DNA of 38,608 bases from Catajapyx aquilonaris (taxonomy: Eukaryota), in assembly GCA_000934665.2 (NCBI GenBank), contig JYFJ02000185.1:124001-162608 (forward strand), read 5' to 3'. Shown piece after piece: positions 11,488-24,537 of the stretch. Positions within the stretch are counted from its first letter, which is position 1. Each line of letters starts with the position of its first letter. The notes beneath the pieces are model-generated. The model made no database searches. It was given only the letters and a program-made list of their open reading frames with translations, and was not told where the DNA came from. The translations under genes were made by a program, and so were the position numbers.

Positions 11488-13297
11488 GGTGTACCACCCC
11501 TGAAGAATGGTTGGCAGTGATAATTTGTATTTTTTTAAAGTTGCCTTGAAAACGTTAAATCAGATTTAAACGATGAGTTGAGTAGCATTTTACCTATTGT
11601 TAGATGCTGTCAGCCTTCTCACAAAATGTGGTGGTCCGTGTGAATTCACTGCGAAGCACACTTGGGCACTCGATTGAACCTGCGAGGTGAGGGTTACTTT
11701 GCTAGTTAACGAGCAATGGCAAGGGCATTGCGACATTGGGTATGTTTTACTTCAAGGATTAATTTTGCCATGAAAATGCACGTACTGTACTGTAAGTACC
11801 GCTCAAAGAATGGTACGACTCTATGGACAAATGTTCATTCTGTTCCCAACCCCTGGGCCACCAGCATGTTTTTAGGGGTCACGAGGGAGGCTGGGAAAAG
11901 GCAATTAAAATCAAGTTTAAAAAAAACAGTAACAAGGCAAAGTAAGAAAATTTAAGGGGGGAATTCATCTCAAATCTATTGAACATTTTGGTAATAAAAA
12001 ATTTCGGGAAAAGTCGGAAGGTGGTCACATGGGTCAAGGATCCAGGACAAGTAGTCCATAGTGTCGCGACGAAATCAGGTTGGGAATAATGCTTGAGGAT
12101 AGTCAGAATAAACACGGCTTAACAATCTTTACGAGCAGGACTGCACACTAGTCTTTTAGTTAAGCCTTCCCCTTCAGTGACGTTTTCTCGCAACTAAACT
12201 GCTTATTATTTAGCAGTGTCTTTTAGTCGCTATTTAAATAGATTCCCAATATAATTAGGCCACCACTGTACTTGCTTAACGAAAATCACCTGCATGTTCA
12301 TGTTACAAATATGAATTAGCAGAAAATTAATCATGTTTTAACACACCTTGTAGGCCAGAACATGGCTCTTCCATATACCACATTGAAATATAAGGTTTAT
12401 TGTAACAAATATTATATAATCATGCAAGTTATATTCTAATGTTACTACAGGGTGACTCAAGTCTGCACACATAGGCAATTGAATTGTATTGTTGGTTTTC
12501 AGTTGTGCCAACGGACAACTCATCCTTTACTGACTGTCAGCAATCTGCTAGTTGGCACAACTGGAAACCAACAATACAATCCAGTTACCAATGTATCCTG
12601 ACTTTCGAGTCACCCTGCATACTTATACGATATAATTCTAATAATGTTACTGTATCATACAACTTAATGTTATCTATTATACTTATACAGTGTACTTATA
12701 TGTTCGAATCATACAACTTTATATTCTAATGAGGTATATGGAATGTTGGGGCCTACAAGGTGTTATTAAAACACTTCATTTTCTACCCATTCATATTAGC
12801 AAGAGCTCTTGATATTTATAGTAACATGAACATGCAGGGGATTTTCGTACTAGGCGATCTTCACTGGCATTAAGTACGGCTGTGCCCTATTTATATTGGG
12901 AAGCGATTTAAATAACCACCAAAAAGACACTGCCAAATAATAAGCAGCTTAGTTGCGAGAAAATGCCATTGAAGGGGAAGGCTAACAAAAACTAATAATG
13001 TAGCTACAGTACATCAGTACGTCCATTTTCATGGCGAAATTAAGCCTTGGAGTAAAGCATAACCAATGTCGCAATGCCATTGCTCGTTAACTGGCAATGT
13101 CACCCTTTCCTCACAGGTTCAATCTAGTGCCCAAGTGTGCTTTACAGTGAATTCACAAGAAATTAACAAGCACCACCAGTCATTTTGTGAGGAGGCTGCC
13201 ACCCTAACAATAGGTAAAATGCTACTCAACTCATTGTGGCCAATGCTCCTTTTTTACAAATTAGCACTGCCAGGCCATTTTACAGAGGTGGTACGCC
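11488..13297. repeat. ~1.8-kb imperfect palindrome (foldback-type inverted duplication) centred near 12531
   Basis: Complementary pairs: gagttgagtagcattttacctattgttag (~11575) / ctaacaataggtaaaatgctactcaactc (~13204); agcacacttgggcact / agtgcccaagtgtgct; ttttctcgcaactaa / ttagttgcgagaaaa; ctgcatgttcatgttac / gtaacatgaacatgcag; inner arms 12481..12512 / 12551..12582. Confidence 0.92.
11836..12091. mobile_element. Degenerate hAT-like MITE inside the extra segment of the palindrome's left arm
   Basis: Termini cattctgttcccaacc ... ggttgggaataatg with subterminal ggggtcacga / gtcgcgac resemble common hAT-MITE ends; segment ~11800-12148 has no counterpart in the right arm; no clear 8-bp TSD. Confidence 0.5.
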
Positions 13298-14419
13298 TGT
13301 GTACAGATTACAGGTTACTTGCCAAAGCATAAACAGAATTAACATTAATTTGACTGCTAAAAATGCTAAAAAATATATTAGTATTCAAGGCACATGCTTT
13401 TGGCGAGCAACCCTCAGAAAATTGAATTGTCCATTTCAGCTGCCCTGGTTTGATTTATTTCAACTTGAAGCGCCTGTTGAGACCTAAGATTCATTTCATT
13501 TTAATGCACCAGTTATCATTCGGTACCACAGCAATTCACATTGAATATCTAGAAACCTTGATTTCATTAATCCTGCCGCCTTCAACACGCGTGCCATTGG
13601 ACTGGGTCTCAAAATTAATGCAATATTTTGCACTGAAATTAAACCTACAGCACTACCTCAAGGCAAATGTCTCTGCAGCCTACTCGACAAGCCTCACATC
13701 AGTCCAGGGTGGTCCAGGGCGAGTTTTCAGAAGTGCTTCCTAATTGATGCAACCACAAACACTGCAGGAATATGTTTGGCAACGATGCCAATGGACCTAT
13801 AACCTATATGTCACTACTACTGCGATTAAGTTGCCTTCACATTTCGATCCGTTCAACTCAAACTGTGCTTGGATGATCCCATCAAGACGCGAGGCACCAA
13901 TAAATAAAAGCTGGAGAATAGGCCTCACCAAATGCATCAGTGTTGGCATCTGAAGTCACTCCAAGAACCATAATTGCGCTGGGGGCAGGCGATGAAATGA
14001 GATGACCATGTCAGTTGCTGGAGTGGTCTGGCCGAAATGAGTTGTCCATCGCAGGAGTCACTTCTCCAGAGCAACGCAGATGTTTGAGGCTCTTCTGCAA
14101 AAGAGCGGATTGCATGAGATCAAAATAAGTCACTTCCAAACTGTGGAAACCTTTAGCAGTTACAACTCAAGTACAAATTTGTAGCCATACCTCCTAATTT
14201 TGAGGGAAAATGCACATTTGCTATTTACAGCACTCAAGGTAGGCTGCACCTTCATGTAATATCGCTTATCAAGTTGGTCTTCAAATAAAGCTGTTAATGA
14301 CCCATGGAGTAAATCATGATTCAAAGATAACCTTGGTTTACCTCCATCTGTGGTCAGATCAAGAAGGATGTTTCATGGTATTGCACAACATCCACTTTTT
14401 TGCCCATCCGGAAAAATAT

Positions 14420-15610
14420 TAGAATTTTTAATGTGGTTTCAATGCAAAATCGCTGCCAAATGAAGCTCATGTCATGTAAATAATTATGAGCAATGTTCGC
14501 TTGGGGAAAAGGAATGAACATAATGCGACACCACCTTAAGAGCTTCATGGAACCAGAATGCGTTTCACCCCAAATTCGGTCAAAGGCATTTATTTGACCA
14601 GACCTACCACTGAACTGGTTTAATTTTAATTTAACAGGGCAATCAAATCAGGATCATTTAACACATTCCACATCACTGTCCTCCAGTTGGCCAATAAATT
14701 AAGGGGTGGTGCAAGTTGACATTTGACTCGAAATGTTATCTCGTAGCAGAGTTGAAAAATCAGCACGGATTTAAAATTATTAATCTTTCAAATGGTGCAT
14801 CAAGGATTCCATTTTGCCGTACGACTGCATAATTTTAATTGGACGTTGTTAATATTTCATCAAGTGTTCCCTGAAAGGCCTGAGGGCTCGAAAGTCGAGA
14901 ATTCGCCATTTTTTACATTTAAAAATGACCACAGCAAGCTCTAAGAACCTTCCCGAATTCTCACTTTAATTTTTCCGACAACGGTAGACGATGCCCAATT
15001 TTCTCAGTTATATGTTAATCACATACACTGTATAATAAAATACCGGTTTAATGAAATTACCTTTCATGAACAATGTAATTCATCGTCTACCATTGTCTGA
15101 AAAATTAAGTAAAATTTCTGGAAGGTTCTTAATGCCTGCTGTGGTCATTTCAAATGCAAAAGTAGCAAATTCTCAACATTCGAGTCCAGGTTTTCGCTAC
15201 TCAGGAGGCATTAAAAACTGAGCTTCACTTCATATTTAACAAACTCACTGTAAAATTTTTGTCACACGGCAAAATCGATCCTGGAAGACATCAGTTTTAT
15301 AATGCCCAATTTGAGTCAAACAATTCGCAAACTGAAACGTAACGAGTTCAATACTAGTGGATCCTCATGACTATTCTCATCAAGTGGGGTACAATGGGCC
15401 AGCTCAGCTGAACACGTCAGTTGCCAGTTTTAGGTAATTATTTTGACTCGAAAAATTGGGCATTTCTACCAATACCACACATTTTAATCACCTGGAGCCA
15501 TTTTCAAGATTTAAAAATCGCATTTCAAACCCTAATTTTCCCTAAGGTAGCATCACAAAATCGGAGCTTCAATATTTGCTTCAGCTACAATCTCCATTGA
15601 AAAACCACAG
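14420..15610. repeat. Palindromic element: well-paired core 14884..15187 with degenerate outer arms
   Basis: Core ~110-bp arms: aaatgaccacagca...taagaaccttcc...ggtagacgatg / catcgtctacc...ggaaggttctta...tgctgtggtcattt. Outer patches: tttgactcgaaatg/caatttgagtcaaa and tgtggtttcaatg/cattgaaaaaccaca. Outer limits are approximate. Confidence 0.7.
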
Positions 15611-18600
15611 GAATCGAGAAGAAATTGATCGTGGAAGAGGTCCGAGGTTTCTTTTTGTCGGATTTGAGGTTCAGGTATACTCACCAGAGTTGTAATGGTG
15701 GTCATCAAATGCTTCATGTTGACAACGCAGACCGAGGACCATTTTGACAGTCGGCGACGATGGTGACGTCTGCAGTTCTAGATCCCAAAAGTGCTGATTG
15801 CCTTCTGTCAGTGGTGTCTCCCCTGGAAACAGTGCTCAATATAATACATGCCGCATTTCACGAGTGAGTCTGCTTGACTGGTACAATAGCGTTGTACGTA
15901 CTTGCACTAAGCACAATGCATGCAGTACCAGACAAGGCGATACCCAACTATACCCCACAGAAATTAGGAATATGCTTACCATTGTGCACGTCTATCATCC
16001 GGTGGACGTCGAACCTTCTCGTTGCAAGTCCAGACAGGGAAAGAAATCAGGCTCGAGCTGCTACACACTTCCGAGTCCCCACCCCCCAACCCCCTAGTTG
16101 TGGTCGTACTGGAACGACCTTGGTGGGAACGACTTATCTACAGAAAAATGCCTAGTCCGATGCAGCTGGAGCTTCACACGCCTCCTCGAGTCGTGGCTCA
16201 GTGCAATGCATTGTGGTCCACTCTCGTTATCAGAATGACTACGTCATGTTGAGAGATGGTCATGTCGTCACACAGAAATTATGCAGTGCATAACCTACTT
16301 CTTACATCACTTCTGGACCTATCTTATCTGTCTAACCTGCGCGTCCAATCGTCCGATTTGAATTTTTAATTGATTGATTAATACATATTATTGTTTTTAT
16401 ACAATTTAATTCGAAACTGACATTACTACAACCTGGACCTGGACCAGGCTGAGTTTCACGGGCATTGTCTCTCCACTAAATTGAGCTCGACAGCTGAGCA
16501 GCATCACATCGAGAGACAATCTTTGACAAAATAAATGGTGCACCTCTGTGGTGTACTGCACCAGCATTTTTGTGTTGCGATGGTGCCACCTGGTACAGTA
16601 CTAACCTATAGCACGCACCAGTCTGGTCTCTCTCAGCAACACATCCTCCTCTGCTTGGCCATCAATCAAGAGAGGAGTGATCGATTCCGACAGCAGGGCG
16701 ATCACACCAACGTCACACGCAGATGACACCGCCGACAGTCAAGGACCCACGTCGGTGCCATGTGGGCGTGACGACACCATTCCAGGGGTCAAAACTGTGG
16801 GGACATCTTTCCCCTCCCAAAAATACTCGCCACGACTTTATGAAGCCCGCTTCTTGGCGTCGTTAATTACTTTTCATGCGGACAATAATGAGGATCCTTT
16901 TCAAGCTGATGGGACAGCCACATTTTCGCCCTAACAGGTGACAACCACCTTAAACTTCAGCTGTTATTTTTTGCACCATAATTGTCGTCATTGCTAATTT
17001 GCATATTATGTTAATAGTGTCGTATTAATAACTTATCTTCCGAATGGACTGAGGAGCAAAATGCCATCCTGTAAAGTATTCTCTAAAATTGGTCCTGCGC
17101 AGCATATGGCTGTACCTGTGTCCGTCCGTCAGACTGAACGTGTTCTTTTATTCCCATCCCGTCTGGGTCCTTTTCCCCTTGTCTTTTTTTTTAGACGGTG
17201 CCAAAATGTGAGGGTGGAAGGTGGAAGTTGTGGGGGAGGGAGGGGGGGGGCGAAAATGTTAGACTTGAAGCTCCCTGAACCGAACACTCTCCCCGTTTCT
17301 TCCCCCTCATTTTTTTCGTTTCCCTTGGCGAAAACCGCAACGTCGTCCTGGGCTCTCGTGGGAGCCAAATAATGGCATTGAGGAAGGAGGAAATTTCCAA
17401 AGCAATTCATTTTTTGGGGGGGTACAGTGTGTAACTTCAACCGATCGAGCAGAAGAAGAGAGATTGAGCTCAAAATCATCTTGGAGGTGGACAGCCGGAA
17501 TGGTTGCGATTCGGCCAATGTGTAATGATTAACAATGGTTGTGTTAACAACAGCTCAGAGAGCAAATAAAATAGTTTATTCCTTCTTAATTTGATCCAGC
17601 CTGTTTATGTGGATCGCATATCAAAAATGGGATATAATGATACAAAGACAACAACTGCGAGTGTGGGCGCTATTACATTTCGCACTCTTTGAAGTATGAA
17701 CCGCCTATTTTTTTCCAGGGCTAGGCTTGCTGCAGTGTACATAATCCGCGGATTTGGTCTTCGACAAACAACGGGCGCCAAAAATTCGCGGATCGGATGT
17801 GTAAAATATAATTTAAAAATATGTGCCTCCCTGAGGGTTTGGCCGGCTACGGTGTTTGAGTTACTACACATTTTAGGCTTTCAGTTTGAGTATTTTTTTT
17901 AAAATTTTACTCGTACTACTTAAGAGTGCCTAGATATCAACCTGATCAGGACAACTGTAACAATAATGGGCAGGGATCACCATGCAAGAATAACACCGCT
18001 TTCAACCCCGAATAAAATTGTCATTTCTTTATCCTCCGACCCATTCTTCCGTTTCCATCACAAACATAGAATTCTGGTGCACCGATAGTATTTTCATGCA
18101 TATTACCCCCTCCTCTCGGTAATGAATATTCATGAAGCCTACCCCCCTCTTTCTATCCTTTAAAAAAAATCCCAGGCGATACACGCATATATACACCCGA
18201 GCAGAGCCCAGCAAAACGTTGGGAAGCAGCCAGAAAATGAAACCCCGGGAAAGTTCCGCCCTACTTGCATGAATTTTCCGCAGCCAGATAATTGTAGCAA
18301 TAATTATACAAATGATCTTGACCTCTCCCGCCCATTATCGCAGCCTGCGGTCAAACTCTTTTGTGGTTCATCCTGAGTCCTGTCCCCTCGGGGGCTCTCT
18401 GCCAGCGATAAACTGCACAAAGTTGGAGGGACCAGACAGAGAGAGAGGTTATGAAACAAGAATGGAGAGAGGGCTTTCCTATTGTTGCAGCTGATCCTGT
18501 TGGTTCTAGGATTATGCGCCCTTTCCAACACTATCCGGCTGGAGATAGAGAGGCCTGTTTTTTTTTGGGGGGGGGGGAGGTAGGCAGCAATACAACTCGG

Positions 18601-19589
18601 TTCTTGTGGTTTTGGAAGGGGAAACAAGGCTCCTTATCGGAGTTAAAAAAATAGGGGATCATAGTTGAGTTTATACATTCATGTTTGGGGGGGAAAGCAG
18701 GCTTGATGCCCAACAAGAGCCTGAAGCAGGGAGAGAGGGAAAAAAAAGAAGCATCAAAGTTGCAGGAGGATAACTTCCAGAGTGTAGTTACGCTCATTGA
18801 GATGCAAGTAGTGTAAAGTTTGTTGAGAGCTCTGGTGTTGTTGCGTGTAATGCTGGAATTAGGCAAAGTATGTACATTGTACAGTATACTGAGGGGTTGA
18901 ATTATTATGAACAGTTTGTAGATAGCAAAATTTGTATCCCGTAATTAACTCACTAATGAACTGTCGAAAAAATAAGCAGGATTATTATTTTTGTACTGTT
19001 ATGCAGTTCATCTGACTTTGGCCTTTATCCAAGGCATGTTTTAGCCACATTATACTGTATGTATGCTAACTTTTGGGGCAGTTATTATTTTCTCTGCAGA
19101 GACCAAAATATCCTGCATTCCCTTTCATGTTAAAGCTCCAGTCTACAGTATATACACCGGAGTGCAAGGAGCTTCAGTGCACGCGTTGCACTATAACTAA
19201 TTACTGTAGTAGATTACGCTAAGCGGTTGGCATTATTCAAGACAGCACTTCAAAGGATATAACGTGGTGAAGCAGCTTCTCAGACACCTTAAAAGCAACC
19301 TTCCATTTAGTAAATGCGTCGCTCCATTCAGCCCAAATGCTCATAATTATGCGAGTACGAAATAATTCGCCACTCCGATACTCAGCTCGTCTGCTAATAA
19401 TTAGAGAATTCAGTGCGCTTAAAAAATTAGAAGCTTATGCGATGGCGAAAAATTAATAACTGGGATGCTTTCTCCCATCAATTTTGGTGGACACAACTGG
19501 TGTTGCAATATAATGTAGATTTGAAACAATAGTCTGAATAGTTTGAGAGCTGCAAGTGCTGCATAGTACTGCACTAGGTATCGGTTTAG

Positions 19590-19670
19590 AGCTGGAGAGG
19601 CGTGGCCGAGCGGTTGGGCTGCTGCTCTTACATTATGCAGAAGGTGACCCTGGTGCACAGCACTTCCCAC
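19590..19670 (+). mobile_element. Possible degenerate tRNA-derived SINE head
   Basis: gtggccgagcggtt is a good Pol III A-box; no recognisable B-box or cloverleaf. Confidence 0.25.
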
Positions 19671-22654
19671 TCTCTCGCTTGCTGCCAAAATGCACTACCA
19701 AATGACATTTCAAAGAGGGATTCCTGGCGCCCCACAGCACCATATGGAAAGTTTCTCATCTATACTCACTTAGCCACCAGCATCCTCCTTTCCAAGTGAC
19801 TGACGCCCATGCCCGCACCAGTTAATGTGCTTTTTCTCCAGCAATTTTTTTTCATTGCCATCTTCCATCCCTATAACAAGCAGACGAAGTTAAGCTGAAA
19901 CAAACCGCACTCATAGATGAATCGCGGTTACGCCAGTTTGGGCTGGGATTAACCTTCCCGACCAGAAAGTGAGCTTACGAATCAGTTAGCACATGTTTTG
20001 TACTGGTAATTAATACAGCTAGTCTAATTAATACAGGCCAAGGCTCAAGTATTGACACAAACCGGAGCTTTCTGGGAGCAACTTTGATGAAATGGGAAGT
20101 GTGGCTGGTCCTGAGGGACTCTGCTTCTAATGATGGAGCTAAACTAATTATGGCCAGCAATTGTTCCGTGGAACTTCACTGGGACTAATGATTCCCTGAA
20201 GAACTAGCTCGACTCTCGAAACGGCTGCATCACCAAAAGGACAATATTTCCTGCTACGCCCACAAGGTGATGCACTTTTCAACATTCTCATACCATCAAG
20301 AAGAGGAAAGGTAATGGATTGACCCAGCAACCCAATCATTATGAAACACACACGTGTAACTATGATTATTGGTATACAATGCTTGCTTTTGAGCTGACTC
20401 TATACACACTGTCCGCAATTGCTGTAATTTACAGTCAGAACCAACGCAAAATGTAATTAATTGTCACATATATTATTTATTTCCACCATTCGGGCTTGCA
20501 AATTATGTGCGTTGGGCTCGAAAATTGACACAAAATGAAACCTACCCGTGTCGTTAATGTTTTCAAAAGCAAACATTAGCCTGCGATGCAAAAATGAAAG
20601 TAGCGGTATTAGTGTCGGCACCAATTTCCCACATTATATTTTGCGCCCAATTAAATTACGACACGCTGATTAGTCACACCTTGATCTTTGGAAGAGCTCA
20701 TTCTCATAAAGCAATATTTGCATGAGGTATATTGTGTACAAGGTGATGTGTAGTACTTTATTAGTAATATATTCTGAACGAATATCTGTCCGCAAGGCAA
20801 AGCAAAAATTTGGGTCGAAACACAAAAAATCGGGGTTTCTGCCACATTTCCCTTAGTAATGAGGCAATGCAATCAAACTTCGTGAAATAACACCCACGCT
20901 GATTCCGAGAGTCATATTTGCAGTGTTTGATGGGCCATCAAAAAATCGATTGGCTCCACACATAAAAACCAGGGGGGGGAGGCCAGCATATGTTATTTTA
21001 ATCTGTAATGACAAAGCCACGCATTTCATTACATGCTGGGGCTAATTGGCAGGGGGTTTTGACGTAAACAATGAATCTAAATCTCCTTCCACGGTTAGCG
21101 TTGATTAAACCCGGTCCACGGAGAATTAGGTGCTAACGATCGCCTCCGTGTCGATAAGAGTGGCATCGGTCGTAAATAGCTAACGGATATTTTCAGAGGG
21201 AATCCCAAATTCGCCGTTATCTAAAGCGATGAGTTAAATGTGTCATTTAACAAGCAAAACACTGCAATATTTTCAACCTATCGGCTCTCATAATTACCTC
21301 CCACACATGATGTTATATTTTTGTGGCCAACTTTCGACCAATTTGAACAGTGCTGGGCTATACCCTTTTTTGTCATGATGCGAGCCAATAGGTCCATCTG
21401 TGATTGGCGATGACACTCGAAAATTCTATAATCTCGGTGCGTGTTAATCCATCTAACTTAGCATGACTATCGGGATTTCGACACATGACTGTAAAGTGGC
21501 CATTATTGCATCTCGTTAATATGAAAATGCCAAATAATATGACCATTGAATCGTTGCAGCAGCACAGAGAACAAGACGTTCTGGTTTTGTACTCTGCACT
21601 TCTGCAGTACAAAATGTATTAAATACGTTTGTACAAAGTGTACGTATTTTCCTCGCAAGATGCATAGTTGTTTCCTCGTTACTTTTTGAGGCGTTCCTCA
21701 AAAATATTGTGAGTACAAAGTAACAGAAACAATACTGGATTGCTTTCAATGTGTACAATCAGCATGGAAAATCTTTTTTATTAATTTTGCAAAAAAAATA
21801 GTTAGTTGCGTATTATTCTTAGGATCAAAACGCTTACTACCACATACACAATATTGTTCGGTATTAAGCAAAACAGGTGGTGTTTTAATTCTGCGGCTCA
21901 AAATCGAGGGCGTGAGCACGAATGCGCGAAGAAAATCATGTGCAGCACAATAATGACCGCAGCCCAGTGTTTTAAAGCTGCTGTGTTGTGACAATGTAAT
22001 GATGATGAATAAAGAATCGTCATCAAACAGCACTACCCGGCTTGTTGTGAGAATGATTGCACATCCAGCAGCATCAGGTAAAGCGCCGTCCATTCTTTTC
22101 CATCAAACCTGGATTGAAAGTCGCATGTAAACATAAACCAGCACCAAAAAAAGAGAGAGGTGCTTGACAGGCACTCGACACATTTTCCTCTGACGAGACC
22201 GATGGAACCGGCTTTATTGTGTTAAGGGCCAAATTGTTCGTCCGTCCAGCAAATGTCACAGTACAGTCGAAACAGGACACCCGCAATTACCCTAATTATT
22301 AAAGAATGAATGGTGATAAATGCAACGTAGAGATGAGAATGTTACTCCACACGTGTGCTCCAGGGGTATATATAGTCTCTATATTTACACCAAAAACTGG
22401 CCGCATCTTCTGTCTTCTTTCTTCAGTCTGAAACGGATGATACGAAAAAAATTACTCATATTGATAGCTCTTACAATGTAACAGGAACGAACGAGACGAG
22501 CTTATTAAATATTGTTCATGACTCATGACATTCGTTGTGTCTTGATGCAATTTTCAGAGTTCAAACTTATTGGACCGAAGCGACACGGGAAAGGACACGC
22601 GATTTATTGAACTAGCTCAAAGGGGGAATTGTCATTAAGCAAATGTAAATTGCG

Positions 22655-22890
22655 GTTCTCCCCCCTTTCCTCTTCCTTCCGTTTCTACTTCTTCTTAGTC
22701 ATTCTGTCGTAATCCGCAAGCAATTCTGCTCCTTCCTCTTCCTCCTTTTATTTCTTTTTTCCCCCTTCCTTCTTTATATAACAACAGCGAGCTTCCTTTC
22801 ACTATACTAAACCTTCGTCAAAAAAAATCGTCCTTTTCGTTCCCTCCTTTTCCGCTTACTCTATTTTCACAATTATTTGCTTCCTCCGCA
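22655..22890 (+). repeat. Pyrimidine-rich low-complexity tract
   Basis: Long C/T runs (ttctccccctttcctcttccttcc, ctccttcctcttcctcctttt, ttctttttt cccccttccttcttt). Confidence 0.6.
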
Positions 22891-24316
22891 TTTTATAACC
22901 TGAACAGTCACCAGATCTTGAAAATATGGAATTCAGGAGGCTTTATGTTGAGAAATATCTTCCAAACAGCTTTGGAGAGAAGGCAAGACTGTTGCCTAAT
23001 GGTACTACTGTACATTGTTCCCTTCAAGGACCACGAGAGCAGAAGTGGCATTTTGTATACGTGTGCAATTTGTTTAAAAAAATTCCTTTCTTGGGAAGAG
23101 TGTGCTTTTTTTACATTCTTTTCATAACTTCAACATGCCGCGGATCCCACAGATTATATATTGAAGGCATGCAGATTTTTCCCCAGATATTTTCATCAGT
23201 GATCATGAAAGCAAACGTTGCTTGATACATTCTGACATATACGTGTCTAGAATGAAAATTTAATTTAAAAATTAAGCAATGTTCAGCATCAGGAGACAGG
23301 CGTTGAAGTTACCTGGACACACTAGTTACCTTGTCAATTTGTGCACTTGCCGGTGGTTTTATGAATTTCTGTCGTATGTAAATGAACAGTTCAATACTGT
23401 ATCATTGTGTATTCATTTCATATTTGTATACTAAAGTCATCTCATGTGCGTTTCAGGCGACTTACAGTGCCAATATTTTTGAATTGCATACCTTTAAAAT
23501 ATTGTGAAAATTTCTGGCGGACATTCACCACCATGTGTCACAGTTATTCTTCCAATATCTAAATCGCGAGTGACCTCCCCCCCCCCCTGCAAAAAGCACC
23601 GATGCGAACAGGTCTCTCCCGCAGACACACGACGGAGGTTAAAACTCGGGTCATCTGTTCTTTCTCGTGGATAATCTATACCCAATTCCTCCGTCGTTAT
23701 GCATCCTCCGAAACGAGCGGCCCGTGACCAATTTGGGCGGCCCCAACCGCGTCCCCTGGGCTCCATTTTGCTTCTCCATCCGGAGGTCTCGCGAACCCAG
23801 ACCCTTCACACCTTCCCTCCACCTGCAGGCTCCCAGGAGTTCATTAATTTCCTTAATTGCCTTAGGCAGTGCAAAGGTCAAGAGTGACGCGGGTTGGAAA
23901 TAACGTTTGCCGCCGGCTTCCTGCAGACGCGATATATTCAATCCCTCCGTCCGGGGCCATCAGATCCCCATCTCCGGATTCAACCCCGCAAAACTCCGGA
24001 ATCACCCACAGCAGTTGCAGCACACAAAAAAGGCAAAAGAGAGAGAGAGAGGAAAAGGTAAGAGAGTGCAGGAAATTGGAGGAAGCTTACAGAAATCCAA
24101 CTGCGATGGGGAAATGGGGTGGGAAAGCTTCCGAGCTGGAATCGGATGGTATCAGAATTTATAATGGGAGTGATGTCTCCCCATGTTCTGCGTAACACCG
24201 CACCAGGACCTGGGAGTCAAAATTGGGGGCCAAAACTGGGCCAAACTGTCCAGGCAGTACCATTTCCCTCGCCTAGATGGCGCATCTCCGGACAAACAGA
24301 AGCACAGAGACTCGAG

Positions 24317-24537
24317 CATGTTAAAAAAATTAGAGTGCTTTTCCACTCGATTTGAGTGATTTTCACTCTTTATCCTGTTTGCTAAATTGACTTCCACTCT
24401 GTTTGAGTGGAAATCACTCAAATTGTGCAAAATGAAAGAGTAGTCTCCCATACATTTTCACTCTTCTTTCGAGTAATTGTCCACTCGATTAGAGTTAAAG
24501 ATAATCTTTGAGGAGTGAATTGCTAATTTTTTTACTG
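24317..24537. mobile_element. MITE-like element with repeated GAGTG/CACTC motifs
   Basis: Termini catgttaaaaaaattag / ctaatttttttactg; interior has about a dozen gagt(g)/cactc motifs in alternating orientation (e.g. ttccactctgtttgagtggaa). Confidence 0.6.

Noticed and set aside
18868..19099. Intron-like segment on + strand (gtatgt ... gctaac ... ttttctctgcag)
   Set aside because: Good signals but flanks have no coherent ORF; cannot be supported without transcripts.
19590..19680. tRNA gene
   Set aside because: A-box only; no B-box or cloverleaf.
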